This document shows, one piece after another, positions 23,632-24,375 of a DNA stretch of 24,375 nt. Below the pieces are notes generated by a model. The model was not told where the DNA came from and ran no database searches. It saw nothing but the letters and a program-made list of their open reading frames with translations. Numbering within the stretch: position 1 is the stretch's first letter; each line of letters starts with the position of its first letter. Origin of the DNA: a virus (lineage: Duplodnaviria > Caudoviricetes); the IMG/VR virus record IMGVR_UViG_3300025889_000915, positions 1 to 24,375 of that record; one strand, written 5' to 3'. The position numbers were made by a program, and so were the translations under genes.

Positions 23632-24005
23632 TCCTCGTAACCCTCCACAGTCATCCTACGCCATCCAAAATTATCACTCAGTCCATACACCATCACCGTG
23701 TCGATGTCGAAGTTTGGGAACACGTAATACGCCTTGCATCCCATACTCTGCGCTTGCTTGCGATACATCTTGCCAGCAAACGTATAACTGCTCTTAGCCA
23801 CCTTTTCCCAATAGCTGGGCGTTTCATATCGGGGCCACGTTTTCAGGTCTATAAGAGCAACAGGTGTGTCTCCACGAAACTCTACTTGGTCGATGTCGAT
23901 GACGTATTGGTTAGGATGTCGGACAAGACCTTTGCGCCACTGCGTATATTCTGCTTCTAATAAGTTGCTACGCAATGAGTTTATTATCTGGACATTGTTT
24001 GGCAT
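23607..24005 (-). CDS. PD-(D/E)XK nuclease-like protein
   Basis: 132 aa; IDID.V......ALIDLK and a 'Y...A...G.KAY.V' pattern. Confidence 0.6.
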   Translation of the reverse strand: MPNNVQIINSLRSNLLEAEYTQWRKGLVRHPNQYVIDIDQVEFRGDTPVALIDLKTWPRYETPSYWEKVAKSSYTFAGKMYRKQAQSMGCKAYYVFPNFDIDTVMVYGLSDNFGWRRMTVEGYEEWLMTLPE

Positions 24006-24019
24006 CTTTGTGTCTCCTG

Positions 24020-24358
24020 ACAGAGTACGTACCTCGCACAGCTTTTCAAATCTTTGATATAAATGTGGTATTGTTTATATCGGTCTGGTCAAACGGCAAT
24101 GATTGAAGTTGAGATTTAAGATTGTGTAACGCATCCAAAAGGCTACCCAAGTGTCGCGTGTCCACATAGACACCGTTCTTTGTCCGGTGATACTTGCCAT
24201 CATCACCTTGCAAAAACAACCGCAAATCCAAACATTCATTGCCATACTGCTTTACCATTGACACCCTAACCTGCGCTCTACCTTTTTCCTGTGCTATCCA
24301 CATATTTCCCTCCAAGACGGATTTATCCAAACCCTCCAAAAACAGAGTACGTACCTCG
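24020..24358. repeat. 17-bp direct repeat forming the core of two putative promoters
   Basis: ACAGAGTACGTACCTCG at 24020-24036 and 24342-24358. Confidence 0.85.
24046..24303 (-). CDS. PC4/YdbC-like single-stranded DNA-binding protein
   Basis: Likely start ATG 24303 (GGAGGG RBS); VRVS...Y.....LDLR.F....G....TK.GV......L..L.DAL. Confidence 0.85.
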   Translation of the reverse strand: MWIAQEKGRAQVRVSMVKQYGNECLDLRLFLQGDDGKYHRTKNGVYVDTRHLGSLLDALHNLKSQLQSLPFDQTDINNTTFISKI

Positions 24359-24375
24359 TTGGGAGGAGACAACCC

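Noticed and set aside
1-24375. tRNA/rRNA genes, integrase or transposase, stop-codon recoding
   Set aside because: None recognised; the standard code gives dense full-length genes using all three stop codons.

Overview
This window is part of a tailed dsDNA phage genome (podovirus-like virion), and essentially all real genes lie on the minus strand. In transcription order (right to left) it carries: (i) a nucleic-acid metabolism and packaging block (PC4-like SSB, PD-(D/E)XK protein, RusA, GIY-YIG, sigma-70 factor and terminase parts, 24.3-15.2 kb); (ii) a separately promoted and terminated block of small, often acidic 'early-type' genes (15.0-12.2 kb); (iii) a non-coding repeat-rich gap and an AraC-like HTH gene; (iv) a head/tail operon (P22-like portal, Ref-like nuclease, TGT/DpdA-like protein, scaffold, decoration protein, major capsid, adaptor, nozzle, tail fibre running off the left edge). 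The most striking feature is the large terminase. It is split at the ATPase-nuclease linker into two separate genes in permuted order (nuclease 21351-21911 upstream, ATPase 18094-19053 downstream). A third gene between them looks like a catalytically dead terminase nuclease domain. A short in-frame direct repeat (CACATGT) would rejoin the two halves if the 3.8-kb segment circularised. Also notable: a candidate antisense sRNA / leader-peptide switch at the head of the early block, and direct-repeat operators over the portal promoter next to the AraC-like gene. All family calls come from motif recognition by eye; no database searches were run.
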